This document shows positions 50,001 to 61,469 of a stretch of DNA of 64,000 bases, piece after piece. Origin of the DNA: Mobula birostris (lineage: Eukaryota); contig NC_092389.1 in the NCBI RefSeq assembly GCF_030028105.1, positions 7,613,180 to 7,677,179 of the forward strand. Direction: 5' to 3'. Positions within the stretch are counted from its first letter, which is position 1, and each line of letters begins with the position of its first letter. The notes under the pieces are model-generated. The model did not search any database and was not told where the DNA came from. It worked only from the letters and a program-made list of their open reading frames with translations. A program made the position numbers and the translations under genes.

Positions 50001-51779
50001 CATGGTCACTGCCTCCATCTTAGACGGATCCGTAACTACTCCAAACTGTGAGACTATGTGCCCAACACAGTTGACAGATGTCTTGCAGAACTGGCACTTA
50101 TCCAGGGAAAGTTTTAACCCTTCAGTAGCCTTGCTTCATGTTCCTCCAAGATGGACCTGAACACATTGAGATCATCCAGGTACATCAATACCTCAAGCAA
50201 GCTCATATCCCCCACCGTTTTCTTTAAGACATGCTGGAAAATAGCCAGGGCTCCTGATATGCCCTGGGGCATCCTTTCAAACTGAAAGAATCCAGGTGGA
50301 CATATGAATGGCGTCTTCTCTTTGTCAGCCTCACTCAAGGGGATCTCATAATAACCACTCCTCAAGTCCAGCACACTGAACCACTTCGCACCACTCAGGC
50401 AGGCCAGTGTGTCCCCCATTCTTGGGACCATATATTGTTTGGGGACGGTACGTCTGCTCAGAGTCCGATAGTCCACACACATCCGTACCTTCCCATTCTT
50501 CTTCTGGGACACATAGGGGCTTCTGGACTCAGTGATGGTCCCAGTTTCCGCAGATGCTGCCAAACATCCTGCATAACCTCACTCTGAATGGGGTGTCCTC
50601 TGTCACCCGAATGATGTGGCGAGTGCTCTTGGAACAACCCACATCAAACTTGTCAGTAGAAGAGACATCTTCCAGCTTCAATATCTTCTCTATCAACCTC
50701 CTCTTCCAAACCGCAGGAACTGGGGGGTCCCAAAAGTTGAATGACTCAGCAGTCAACTTTCCCGTTTTCAGAGAGAGTTTCTCCCCAGCTTATCTCACAG
50801 GGATACTAGACATTCTTGTCACCGGAAAGAAGTGTACCAGTGGCATCCCCCGCCTGAGGGTGACCTCCTTCTCCGAAGAGTTCCTGACACTCACTGTCAC
50901 CTGTACAACCGAGGGCTTATGCATCTCAGGCCTCACCAGTACCCCAGCAGGTAAGCCTGACTCCTCTCCATGGCCTTCCGGAGTATTCACCAAGAGGGCC
51001 TCAGCATCAGGCTTTCCAGGAAAATCTGAGGTTTCCCGTCATTCTAGCTACTTCCCCAGGCCGTAACACGACTGGTTTTGATGAGGTGAACCACACAGTC
51101 CCTCGTTTATGCTCATCATTCAGTCCAGTGCGGCCATGCACTTCCTCAAAAACAGCTTGGAGCACAGGGTGAAAGAACAATGTTTTCAGAGATCGCTCCA
51201 ACCTTCTCCTTGCAGGCTCCCACTAGTCTCCTCACAATAGGGGTATTTGTCCCCACAAGAACTGAAGCTTTGCCCTTCTCAACTGGGTCCAGACAAACCA
51301 ACACTAAGGACCTCATCTTCTCCCAGATCTGCCTCTGAAAACTCCAGCTTCAAAGACAAGTAACCATCGTACAGATGGTCATCTGTACTAAGACCCCAGA
51401 TCTCTAGCGCACTGAGTGATGTCAATGGTAAATGTGTCAAATACCGGTTGTAAAACAACGGTACAGCAGAGTAACCTGAGAGCCGGTGTCGAGTATGGCT
51501 CGAGCATAAATACTCACAATCTGTAGCGATACACTGGAGCTTGGCCCCACTAAGCCTTCAGGAAAAGGTGTTTTTGCTTTCAGCTGTTCCTTGACATATT
51601 GCTGGGAATGTGTTTCTCCTGAGACGCCTGGCCGTTCCCTCAGTGGGTCTCTCCAGCTAGGTACTCTCCAAAGGTTTTCTCGCCCTGAAGTGTCCATCTT
51701 CATCACAGTTACATCAGACAATACCGGTCGCTCCCCTTCTCGTGGGCCCCCATTCACTTATGCGGGGTGTTCACGCTCG

Positions 51780-52960
51780 CCGATAACAACCGGGGCATCT
51801 CAGACCTAAACTCTGCCACGAGCTCCTTTACCACTCCCCGGGGTGGGCTATCTGTGGTCACTTCAGCCAAGGGGGCTACTACCGAGGACTGTACCCTGCT
51901 AATGGAGGCCTCCCACGCATCCGATGCATTCTCCTCCTCTCTTACTTCTCTGATCAGCTCAACAAACAAGGGAGGAGGGGGTGCGTCTTACGAGACTGTC
52001 GGAGACCCCAAGTGATCAAGTCCGGTGACTGGGTGCCTTTCGCCACTGGGCCCATTCTTAACTGATTCACCTCAGTGGTCTGGGTGGCCCCCCTACGTCG
52101 CAAGAAACTCAGCTGCCTTACTAGGTGAAAAATGTAGGCGGAAAGCTTCTCCCCCTTCTCCTGAAACATGTTCTGAAACCCCGTCACGAACTCCATTGGG
52201 CTTCCCGTCACGCCAAAAGCATTTTCTAACACTTGCATGTAGCCTGCAGAGGTAGCAAAGGGGCTCTGTGTCTTTAAGGATCTCAGTACATGAGCAGCCA
52301 GCCCTCTCACCCTCTCTACCAATCGCTGTCTTTTTACGTCATCAGAGCACTGCCACCCATCCAACACCTGAGAGGTCTGCTCCGCCCAAGTCTCATACTC
52401 CTCCTCCCCTTTAGGGGTGGGCTTCATTACTGAGAACGTTCTCAGCCTACGATAGCTGGGACTTTGAACCTGGGGGTTTTCCCATTTATTTGCCAAGGTG
52501 GTAAGGGCCAATACCAACTCAGAATGCTCACCACTCGCTGGAGAACTCATTAGACCTTCCAAATCAGACCACTCCTTTCCCTCGCTCGGCAGAAATGTGA
52601 ATAACCTGTCTTTGAAGTCTTCATCCCCAGCTGCGGGAGACTTGACTTGCGATTCGGCCCCCTCTCCTACACTCTCCTCCTCCCGGAAAGTATGAACAAC
52701 CCACGGACCCCCCCCCCCCACCCCTCCCAGGGCCTAGCAGTGCCAGGCAGTACCACTGCCGTTACGTCAGCGCTAGTCTGAACTAAAACAAAGTCTTTGC
52801 CCGCCATTTCATCAAACCTCCACTCCACAATCGTAACTTTGCCTAACGCTTTAACGGTACTTAAAGTTTGAATGAACAATTCATCGGGATTACGAGTGTC
52901 TACCCCACTCAACACACACGCATTAATTACTGGTAATCCCATGGATTCGCACCACCACTC
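51780..52960 (-). pseudogene. PNMA/MOAP1-like Gag (frameshifted)
   Basis: NACVLSGV...LGKVTIV N-domain. Capsid segment YRRLRTFS..PTPKGEEEYETWAEQ..QVLDGWQCSDDVKRQRLVE.VRGLA...LENAFG...QEKGEKLSAYI. Confidence 0.85.
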
Positions 52961-53067
52961 AACCCCTGTATCGTAATCACTTTACCGGACAATAGTTTAG
53001 CACAGACTTAAACACACAACCCACTGGATCAATGCTCAGGGCAATCACACAGCATCCAACGAAATCA

Positions 53068-53086
53068 ATCCCGGTCAATACCCCCA
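53068..53086 (-). promoter_or_regulatory. Degenerate primer-binding site, tRNA-Pro-like
   Basis: TGGGGGTATTGACCGGGAT vs the tRNA-Pro PBS TGGGGGCTCGTCCGGGAT, 4 nt after the LTR end. Confidence 0.55.
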
Positions 53087-53090
53087 CAAA

Positions 53091-53756
53091 TGAAACCCCG
53101 CTGGTTTCCTTGGCTGCATAAGTCGAGGGAAGACACTCTCCGGTCCTGCCAAACCCGTGAGGTTGAGACGCTCTCCCACCCCAAACCCCGGTTTGCGTGG
53201 ATGCTGTGTAATTTGTTACCCTGTTACAAATCAGTACCAAGAAATAACAGACAGCACACTGCATACAACTAAAGGAATTATATTTATGAATCTTACTTAA
53301 CTAAAGGGTTAGTAAAGAAAGGAAAGAAAAAACAAAAAAGGCCCATTCTAATTAAAGAGTCAAACGTGCACAAGTTGGAGTTCATCTCGAGCGTCTCTCT
53401 CACTCACGTGCTGGGTCCTTAGTCTGCATGAAAGCACACACCACCTTCCGAACGTCGCTCACAATCCATCTCGAACAAACGGGTCTCCCACCGGATCGTA
53501 GGCTAAAATTGGTTCTCCCCAGTGTTTTCTCTCTTCATCTCCCGCCGAAGAAAAGACCCAAGACCGACCTTAGTGTCCCTCACCAAAAAACCCTCCCCCC
53601 AGTTCCACCATCCTAATTGGATGGCACACGTTCCTCCTCATACCTTATCTTCAACAATAACCCAAACAGGCTGAAAGCAGAACAGACTGCTCTTACAGAA
53701 CTGCTGAATGAAATACATACAGCATAACAGTAAAGATGTAAACCAGGCATTAAACA
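53091..53756 (-). repeat. 5' LTR of the Gypsy element
   Basis: Minus strand TGTTTAATG...GGGGTTTCA (TG..CA), immediately followed by a PBS-like sequence. Confidence 0.65.
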
Positions 53757-55214
53757 GGAGGAGCTGTAAAGACAGGATGCGATTCCGTTAAATATTTTGT
53801 GAGGAATGGATCCTGTTCTAATGCAGCATCCCCTGGGATAGGCCCAACTTAGCATCATTCAGTGAGAGTCCTGCCGAGTCAGCATTCCAGCTCGCTGCAT
53901 TGGCCTCTGATTGATGCAGCGATTGGAGATATAGATTTTTTTTAAAGTGCAGCAATATGCAAATAGAACTGCAAAGGGAAAAGGCACAACTGCAAGATGA
54001 CAGAAGCAGAAAAACTGGTGCAGTTCAGGAAGCTGAATGAAACCTACATCATCAGGGCTGGTCATACCAGAGGCCTTTTCAGAAAGGGTGGTCTACCAAC
54101 CAGATCCCAGACATTTCTGCTTCTGTCTCCTACATAGAAATATTAAGTTTATTATTAACTTGGGTATTTAAGTATTACTACTACCATTAGGCAGGAGGTA
54201 CAGGAGCCTTCGGTCTCACATCACCAGGTTCAGGAACAGTTATTACTCTTCAACCGCTCCTGAACCAGTGTGGATAACTTCACTCAATTCCACAACCTAA
54301 GGACTCACTTTCAAGGCCTCTACAACTCATGTTTTCAGTATTAATTATTTATTTTAAAAATTATTATTATTAGTGCTATTTGTCCTTTTTTGTACATTGG
54401 ATGTTTGTCAATCTTTGTTATGTATAGATTTTCATAAATTATTTTCTATTTATTTATTTTCCTGTAAATGCCCACAAGAAAATAAATCTCAGGGTAGTAA
54501 ATGGTGACATATATGTACTTTGATGATACATTTACTTTGAACAAACATTTGTCATCAGGCGCAATAATCACATCTTATGTCTCAGTAATTTCCACGGTCA
54601 AATGCCTTGGTGGTGTATAAGGAACATTTAAAGGAACTATATAAAGCTAATTTTTTGTTGCCTTGTCATAGACATCATTTTGAAAAGAGTCCAATCACCA
54701 GACTATCCTGTAACATAAGTAATAGGTTTACATGTCACTTATTCCCTGCAGCACAGCAGAATGAAGGGAGATTTGAATGAGGTATACAGAATTATGAGGG
54801 GTGTAGATAAATGCAAGGAGGCTTCTTCCACTGAGGCTGGATGAGACCAGAACTAGAGGGCATGGGTTAAAAAATTCAAAAGTTCAAAGGTTCATTTATT
54901 ATCAAAGTATACAACTCTGAATTTTTTCTTCTCCAGATAGCCAAGAAAACCAAGAAAGAAAAGAACTGCAGCACCATCATCAACCCCAAAACCCCTCCTC
55001 CCCATTCACAAAAAACAAGAAAGATCAGGCAAAAAACACAGAATATAAAAAACTATAAGACTAAAAAAAAGTGAAAAGTCCACGTCCATATCCAAAAAGC
55101 AGAAAACCTGGGCAACATTCTCTGGGTACAGCAGCAGGTCTTCCTCTCTGTGGCAACGGAGGGATCCCGCCAGCGATTAAGATTAAATACTTAAGTGGAA
55201 CATGAGGGGGATCT

Positions 55215-55780
55215 TCTTCACTCAGAAGGTAGTATGAGTGTAGAATGAACTCCCAGTGGAAGTGGTGGATGCAGGTTCAATTGCAACCTTAAAGAGAAGT
55301 TTGGATAAGTATGTGGATGGAAGAGGTATTGTCTAGGTATGATCAACGGGACCTCGCACTTGTCTGCATTAAATTCCATCTGCCATTTTTCAGCCCATTT
55401 TTCCAACTGGTCCAGATCCTGCTGCAAGCCATGATAGTCTTCCTCGCTGTTCACTACTCCCCCAATATTGATGTGATCCACAAATTTGGTGATCCAGTTA
55501 ACCATATTATCATCCAGATTGTTGATATAGATGACAAACAACAATGGATCCAGCACCGATCCTGCAGCACTCCACTAGTCACAGGCCTCTAGTCAAAGAG
55601 GCAACCATCTACTACCACTCTCTGGCTTCTCACACAAAGCCTATGTCTAATCCAGTTTTCCAATTTACTACCTCATCTTGGAGGCTGAGCAACTGATCCT
55701 TCTTGATCAAACTCCCATGTGGAACCTTGTGAAACGTCTTGCTAAAGTCCATGTAGACAACATCCACTGCCTTGCCTTCA
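55215..55780 (-). mobile_element. CR1 RT fragment(s)
   Basis: LDPLLFVIYINNLDD...WAEKWQMEFNADKC. Confidence 0.75.
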
Positions 55781-56116
55781 TTAGATGGGCCGAAGGACCT
55801 GTTTCTGTGCTGTAGTGTTCTATGACTCTATGGCTATATGTACTGAGATACAGTGAAAAGCTTTTGTTTCCATACCGACCAGTCGGCTCATAAGTACATT
55901 GAGGGAAAATAGAACCACAACGCAGAATAAAGTGTTACAGTTACAAAGAAAGTGCAATGCATGTAGACACAAAGAGCAAGGGCCATAATAAGGTAGATTT
56001 GGAGATAAAGAGTTCACCTTTGAGAGTAGAAGAGGTCCATTCAAGAGTCTGATAACAGCAGGATAGAATCTGCCCTTGAGCCTCGTGGTACGTGTTTGCA
56101 GGCTTTTGTATCTTCT

Positions 56117-56575
56117 ACAAACACGAGAAAGTCTGCCAATGCCGGAGATCCAAAGCAACAAATACAATACACTGGATGAACTCAGCAGGTCAGGCAGTGT
56201 CTGTGGACACGAGCAAACAGTCGATGTTTTGGGTCGAGACGCTCCTAAAAGACTGTGAAGGAAGGGGGAAGAAGCCCCATTCTGACTTTTCGCTTCTTCT
56301 CACCTGCCTATCACTTCCCCTGGGGCACCTCCTCCTTCCCTTTCTCCTACTGTCCACTCTCCTCTCCTATCAGATTCTTTCTTCTTCAGTCCTTGACCTT
56401 TCCCACCCACCTGCCTTCACCTATCAGCTTCCCTCTTTCCCCTACCCCCACCTTTTTATTCTGGCGTCTTCCCTCTTCCTTCTTCAGTCCTGATGAAGGG
56501 TCTCTGCTCGAAATACTGACTGTTCATTAATTTCCATAGATGCAGCCTGACCTGCTGCATTTTTGTGTGTTGTTA
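56117..56575. mobile_element. Penelope-like inverted bipartite cassette with perfect 10-bp TSD, nested in a LINE tail
   Basis: TGTATCTTCT at 56107-56116 and 56576-56585. Decayed hammerheads at 56219-56254 (-) and 56486-56521 (+). Confidence 0.85.
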
Positions 56576-56965
56576 TGTATCTTCTGGCTGATGGGAGAGG
56601 GGAGAAGAGAAAACAACCAGGGTGGGAAGGGTCCTTGATTATGAAGGCTACCTGGCCGAGGCAGTGGGAAGTATAGATGGACTTTGGACACGTGATGAGA
56701 GCAGGGAATGTTTCTGCTAACTCTAGTGCTAGGAGAGCTGCATGCAACTTGATGACATTGTGTTTGGGGGCAGACTTTACCGTTTGTTTATTTTAAGATA
56801 ATTAACATTTTTCAATTTCAAATAATTTGAAAGGATGTTAGCAAGCTCATAATTAAATTGTCACTCAAATCTCCTCTTTGTTAAGAAATCTGTCCTTGTT
56901 CGGCAGTTAGAAGTGAAAAGAAAGATTTGGTTTTTGATTGCTTGTTTTACTTTTGCTCCCTGTAG

Positions 56966-57132
56966 TCCGCTTCGGATCTGGGATGGAAGTCATGGTTACT
57001 CCCAACGTTGTCAAGCTGAATGGGACATCAGCCAAACTGACCTGCACCTTTAACTCATGTTATGATGCCAGTGACAAGCACTTCTCCTTAAACTGGACCT
57101 ATCAAGAATGTAATAACTGCTCAGAAGATCTC
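56966..57132 (+). CDS. SCN2B: Sodium channel beta-2 subunit, exon 2 (N-half IgV)
   Basis: ccctgtag| acceptor. Translates (V)RFGSGMEVMVTPNVVKLNGTSAKLTCTFNSCYDASDKHFSLNWTYQECNNCSEDL, with the SCN2B signatures CTFNSCY and FSLNWTYQECNNCSE. Donor CTC|gtaagt. Confidence 0.95.
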
Positions 57133-57999
57133 GTAAGTGTTCTGTATCTTATGGTTCAGTATTTGATTCAAAAGTGCTGAACAGTAAACATGGCTGGATT
57201 AATTGCTGAGGCACAGTGAGATAGATTACTGAATCCAACAGCTACTTAAAGTGATCGAGGACTCACTGAAGGACACCTAGAATGATAGCAATGTTTCTCC
57301 TTCAGCTGAATCAACATTCTGCACAGTCAGATGTCAAGAATTCCTCACTTCACCAATAAATGGGTTGGTGGTAATTTGCTCAATTAATCCAATTCCCGAA
57401 TTTGTAAGATTTATGGAAGGAACTAACAGAAATTTGCCAAACTTTACTGTTTCAGCACATAAAAATCAATGATAAAGAAGTATTAATATCAAAGTGGAAT
57501 CTTGGTAAATTGTTTAGTTACTTGTGTTGTGCTCAGTCGACCAATGGCAGGATTCTTGCCTGTGTGTCCAAAGATTAAGGCAGTATTTATTGATGCCTTC
57601 AAGTTTGAAAGAGGTTGTCTCACCAGATGAAGAATTTGGTAAGATTTTTAAGCATAAAAGAGGAAATTTGATATTTTAAAAGATAAATTAAATTTCTTTA
57701 ACATATTGTCTATTAGTAAATGTACTAAAAGTGGTGTGTCACCAGCTTCATCAAAATGGCCTACTTCTCTGGTGAAGTTTATGTAAATTCTTAATTATTC
57801 AGAGGAAGTTGCAAAGCCAGAATTTAGACACAGAGACATAGACAAAGACTCAGGGAGCATGGAAAATAAGACCTTAAGACAAAGGAGCAGAATTAGGCCA
57901 CTTGGCCCATCAAGTTTTCTCCGCCATTCCACAATGGCTGATTTATTATCCCTCTCAACCTCGTTCGCCTGCTTTCTCCCTGTAACCTTTGATGCCCTG

Positions 58000-58680
58000 A
58001 CTAATCAAGAACCTATCAACCTCTGCTTTAAATATACCCTTCGACCCACAATGTTCTGCTGAACCAGCTAGAAAGAAAATGTTTTAAAAACCCAAACACT
58101 AATCCCTCCAGCCTACACAATCTCCATATCCCTCCATCTTCCTTGCATCCATGTGCCTACCCAAACATCTCTTAAAAACCTCTAATGTATTTGTCTCCAC
58201 CACAATATCGGGCATCCATGACTCTCTGAGTAAAAAACTTACCCCTCACATCCCCTTTGAACCTACCCCCTCTCACCTTCAATGGATGCCCTCCGGAATT
58301 AGACATACCAACCCTGGGGAAAAGATATTCCCTGTCTACTCTATCTACGCCTCTCATAATCTGATAAACCTATCAGATCTCCCCGCAGCCTCTGCCACTT
58401 CAGAGAAAATGACCCAAGTTTGTCTACCTCTCATGATAGCACACACCCTCTAAACCAGACAGTATCCTGGTGAACTTCTTCTGTACCCTCTCCAAAGCCT
58501 CAACATCCTTCCTATAGTGAGGTGTCTAGAACTGTACGCAATACTCCAGATGAGGCCTAACCAGAGTTCTATAAATTTGCAACATAACCTCCTGATTTTT
58601 GAACTCAATGACTTGACTAACAAGAGCAAACATTCCATAAGCCTTCTTAACCACCTTGTCAACCTGTTCAGCCACTTCCA
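58000..58680 (-). mobile_element. CR1 3' fragments
   Basis: WRGYRRSSPG/RGVDRVDREYLFP...GKFFTQRV remnants. Confidence 0.7.
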
Positions 58681-59271
58681 ATTGTACTTATCTCTGGCAG
58701 CAAAAGTAAACTGTTTCTCTTTCCACAGATGCTGCTTTATGTAATAGTTTCCAGCATTTTCCGTTTATATTTCAGATTTTCAGTATCAGTTGTAATTATC
58801 TGCTTTTACTTACTGAGCCATTTCTGAACGTAGTTAAAAGTTGACTACATTACTGAGAGTCTGCAGGCACACACAACTCCACACCAGGGGAACACCCTAA
58901 TTTCATACTTTAAAGGGTATCAGTGAAGCAGACAGGATTTTGCAGAAAATGAGTAATTTCCCAGTCACTGTTGCTGCTACTAGCTTTTAAATCCACATTT
59001 ATTGAATTTTATTCTAAACACATGGAACCATAGAAAAACAGGCCTCTGAGCCCCACCAAGTTCATGGAGACATAGAGATCCATTTTTACAACAATCTTAC
59101 CTGAACCCTTTTTGTTCTCCTCATATTCCTATCAAAGCCTTATCCCAGGCTGTCAGTGACTAATACCAAAGGACATCGTCTTTTTAGCTCTGCTATGGAC
59201 AGTCACGAGCACGACTGTGGAAGAGGAGGGCTGGGCATGGGGCTAGCAAACCCATCCCATTAAAAACCTAG

Positions 59272-59523
59272 TGTTATGTTTGGTAACTCCAAAACATGAA
59301 ACTAATTGAAAGCAAACAAAACGGAGCCAGGAATGTGTGTCTTAGTTTTGTCTTCTTACTTTAAGCAAAGCGCGCACTTGTGACGTGGTGACATAACAAC
59401 GTATGCCATTCACGTACTTTTACATATTACCTGCAATGAATTACTTAAACAAACAAAGAAAGCTTAATCAATCACATATTTACAATATTACTCAAATGTT
59501 ACTGAACTATTAAATACACAACA
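59272..59523. mobile_element. 252-bp solo LTR nested in an RTE-like fragment (~59140-59560)
   Basis: TGTTATG...ACAACA termini. Flanks read continuously across it (aaaacctag | ttcagtgctac). The TSD is degraded. Confidence 0.5.
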
Positions 59524-60734
59524 TTCAGTGCTACAAAACACCAACAGAATCTCCAAAGACTTCACTCCTGGGAGGGGAAGGATATACAAAGAAAATGGGC
59601 TACAGCCGGGGACAACTTAAAAAACCTGCCTAGGGCAAAGGACTCTGGGAGCTGCTGTTGGCGGCCTATGCCCCAGTAATGGGTAATGGGCTTAAAGCTA
59701 AATTGTTTTAAACTGAGTGGAGGAGAGTTTAGAGGTGGGGTTTGTTGTACACAGAGAGTGGTAGATGCTTGGAAAGCACTGCCAGGGGTGGTGGTAGAGG
59801 CAGATACACTAGGGGCATTTAAGAGACTCGTAGATAGGCATATGGGGCAGCACAGTAGCGTAGCAGTTAGCATAAAGCTATTACTGCGCCAGTGACTGGG
59901 CTCAATTCCTGCCACTGTCTGTAAGGAGTTTGTACTTCCTCCCTGTGACCACGTGAGTTTCCTCCAGATGCTCCAGTTTCCTCCCACATTCTAAAGACGT
60001 TCTGGTTGGTAGGTTAATTGGTCATTGTAAATTGTCCCATGATTTGGATAGGATTAAATAGGCATATTGCCTGGCATTGGGAAGAAACTGGAGCACTGGA
60101 GAAAAATTTATTCAGTCACAGGGAGAATGGGCAAACTGTACACAGATAGAGCCTGAGGCCAGGATCGAACCTGGGTCACTGAAAGTGTGAGGCAGCAGCC
60201 CCCCATCCCTCGGTGGGATCATCTGACTAAATTATTGATAAAAACATGCATATGGATGTGTATGAAACCATGGTCACCATGACTGTATTTCCATGGGATG
60301 TATCTACATCCATTAAATTAGAAATGATTCACCAGAAACCACCAAGCCACAAACAAAGGACCAAGAGGCTATGATCTGCTGCCACTGGACAGCACTGACC
60401 AACAAGCTGATTGTTTCTGGGGGTGTGTGGGGCTCTGGGCTGGGCCGCTGGCCTTGGAGGAACATGGCTGCAAAGCACAGACGATCCCAACGAAGCTGAG
60501 CTTCAGAAGCCATTGAACAACGTTGCTCTAGGAAAGAGCAACCAGCTGGAAAGTGGAAGAGGGAGGATCAGAAAGGAAAAGGAAGAGGGCTGGGACATAG
60601 TCTGAATGTAGGACGAGGGAGTTGAGGGAAAGAGGCGCAAAAGTCTGAGGGAAATAGTAAAGGGAAGGGAGGTAGGAATATTGAGGGAGAGCCATCTCAA
60701 GCAGGCTAGCAGGGCTGAGAGAATGTGGGTGAAA

Positions 60735-60760
60735 GTGTGTGTGTGTGTGTGTGTGTGTGT
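60735..60760. repeat. (GT)13 microsatellite
   Basis: Direct count. Confidence 0.95.
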
Positions 60761-60761
60761 T

Positions 60762-61030
60762 GGCGTGTGGCCAAGTGGTTAAGGTGTCAGTCTAGTGATC
60801 TGAAGGTCGCTAGTTCGAGCCTTGGCTGAGGTAGCGTGTTGTGTCCTTGAGCAAGGCACTTAACCACACATTGCTCTGCGACGACACCAGTGCCAAGCTG
60901 TATCGGCCCTAGTGCCCTTCACTTGGACAACATCGGTGGCGTGGAGAGGGGAGACTTGCAGCATGGGCAACTGCCAGTCTTCCATACAAGACCTTGCAGA
61001 AACCTTCCAAGGTGCAAATCCATGGTCTCA
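60762..61030 (+). mobile_element. tRNA-derived SINE
   Basis: TGGCCAAGTGG (A box) and AGTTCGAGCC (B box). Shares a 31-nt block with the SINE at 1941-2230. Confidence 0.75.
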
Positions 61031-61469
61031 TGAGACTAATGGATGCCTATTATTTATAAATAGGGATCAGCCACGATGGAATGGCAGAGCAGACTCAATG
61101 AGCTGAATGGCCTAATTCTGCACTTATGGTCTTACAGTCTTACTCGGTGGTAGTTGCAGAGTCTGGGAGGATGAGAGTCATAGGGAATTTGAAAACAAAG
61201 AGGAGTTGATGTAGAGATGGTAAAATCATTGTGGGAGATGGGAGCAAAAATTGGGAAGTGGGCAGCAGATTTTCAGATCTGTTCGGACCAGAAGATTGGA
61301 ACAAACTTCCTGAAATAGACCTTAATAAATAAGAGCAGGAGTAGAGAATTCCAGAACTTCACCAACCTCCACATAAATAAATGAATCTTCATCTGAATCC
61401 TAATCTACTCCTTACTGTGTGACTGTGACTCTGATTTCGGTTGGTAAATATTCTCCCTGTGTCAGAGAG

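Larger units (their letters stand above)
49415..53756 (-). mobile_element. Decayed Ty3/Gypsy LTR retrotransposon (5'LTR-PBS-gag-PR-RT-RH); integrase and 3'LTR missing
   Basis: Ordered domains: PNMA-like Gag, protease ILDTGSQVT, RT (CVDYRTL, LDLRSGYY, MPQG, YLDD), RNase H (DAS..., RPVAF.S, LECLALKWA). Multiple frameshifts. Confidence 0.92.

Noticed and set aside
60762-60835. tRNA gene (likewise 38610-38680)
   Set aside because: These are SINE heads: A/B boxes continue into SINE bodies, and no complete cloverleaf with paired acceptor stem is evident.
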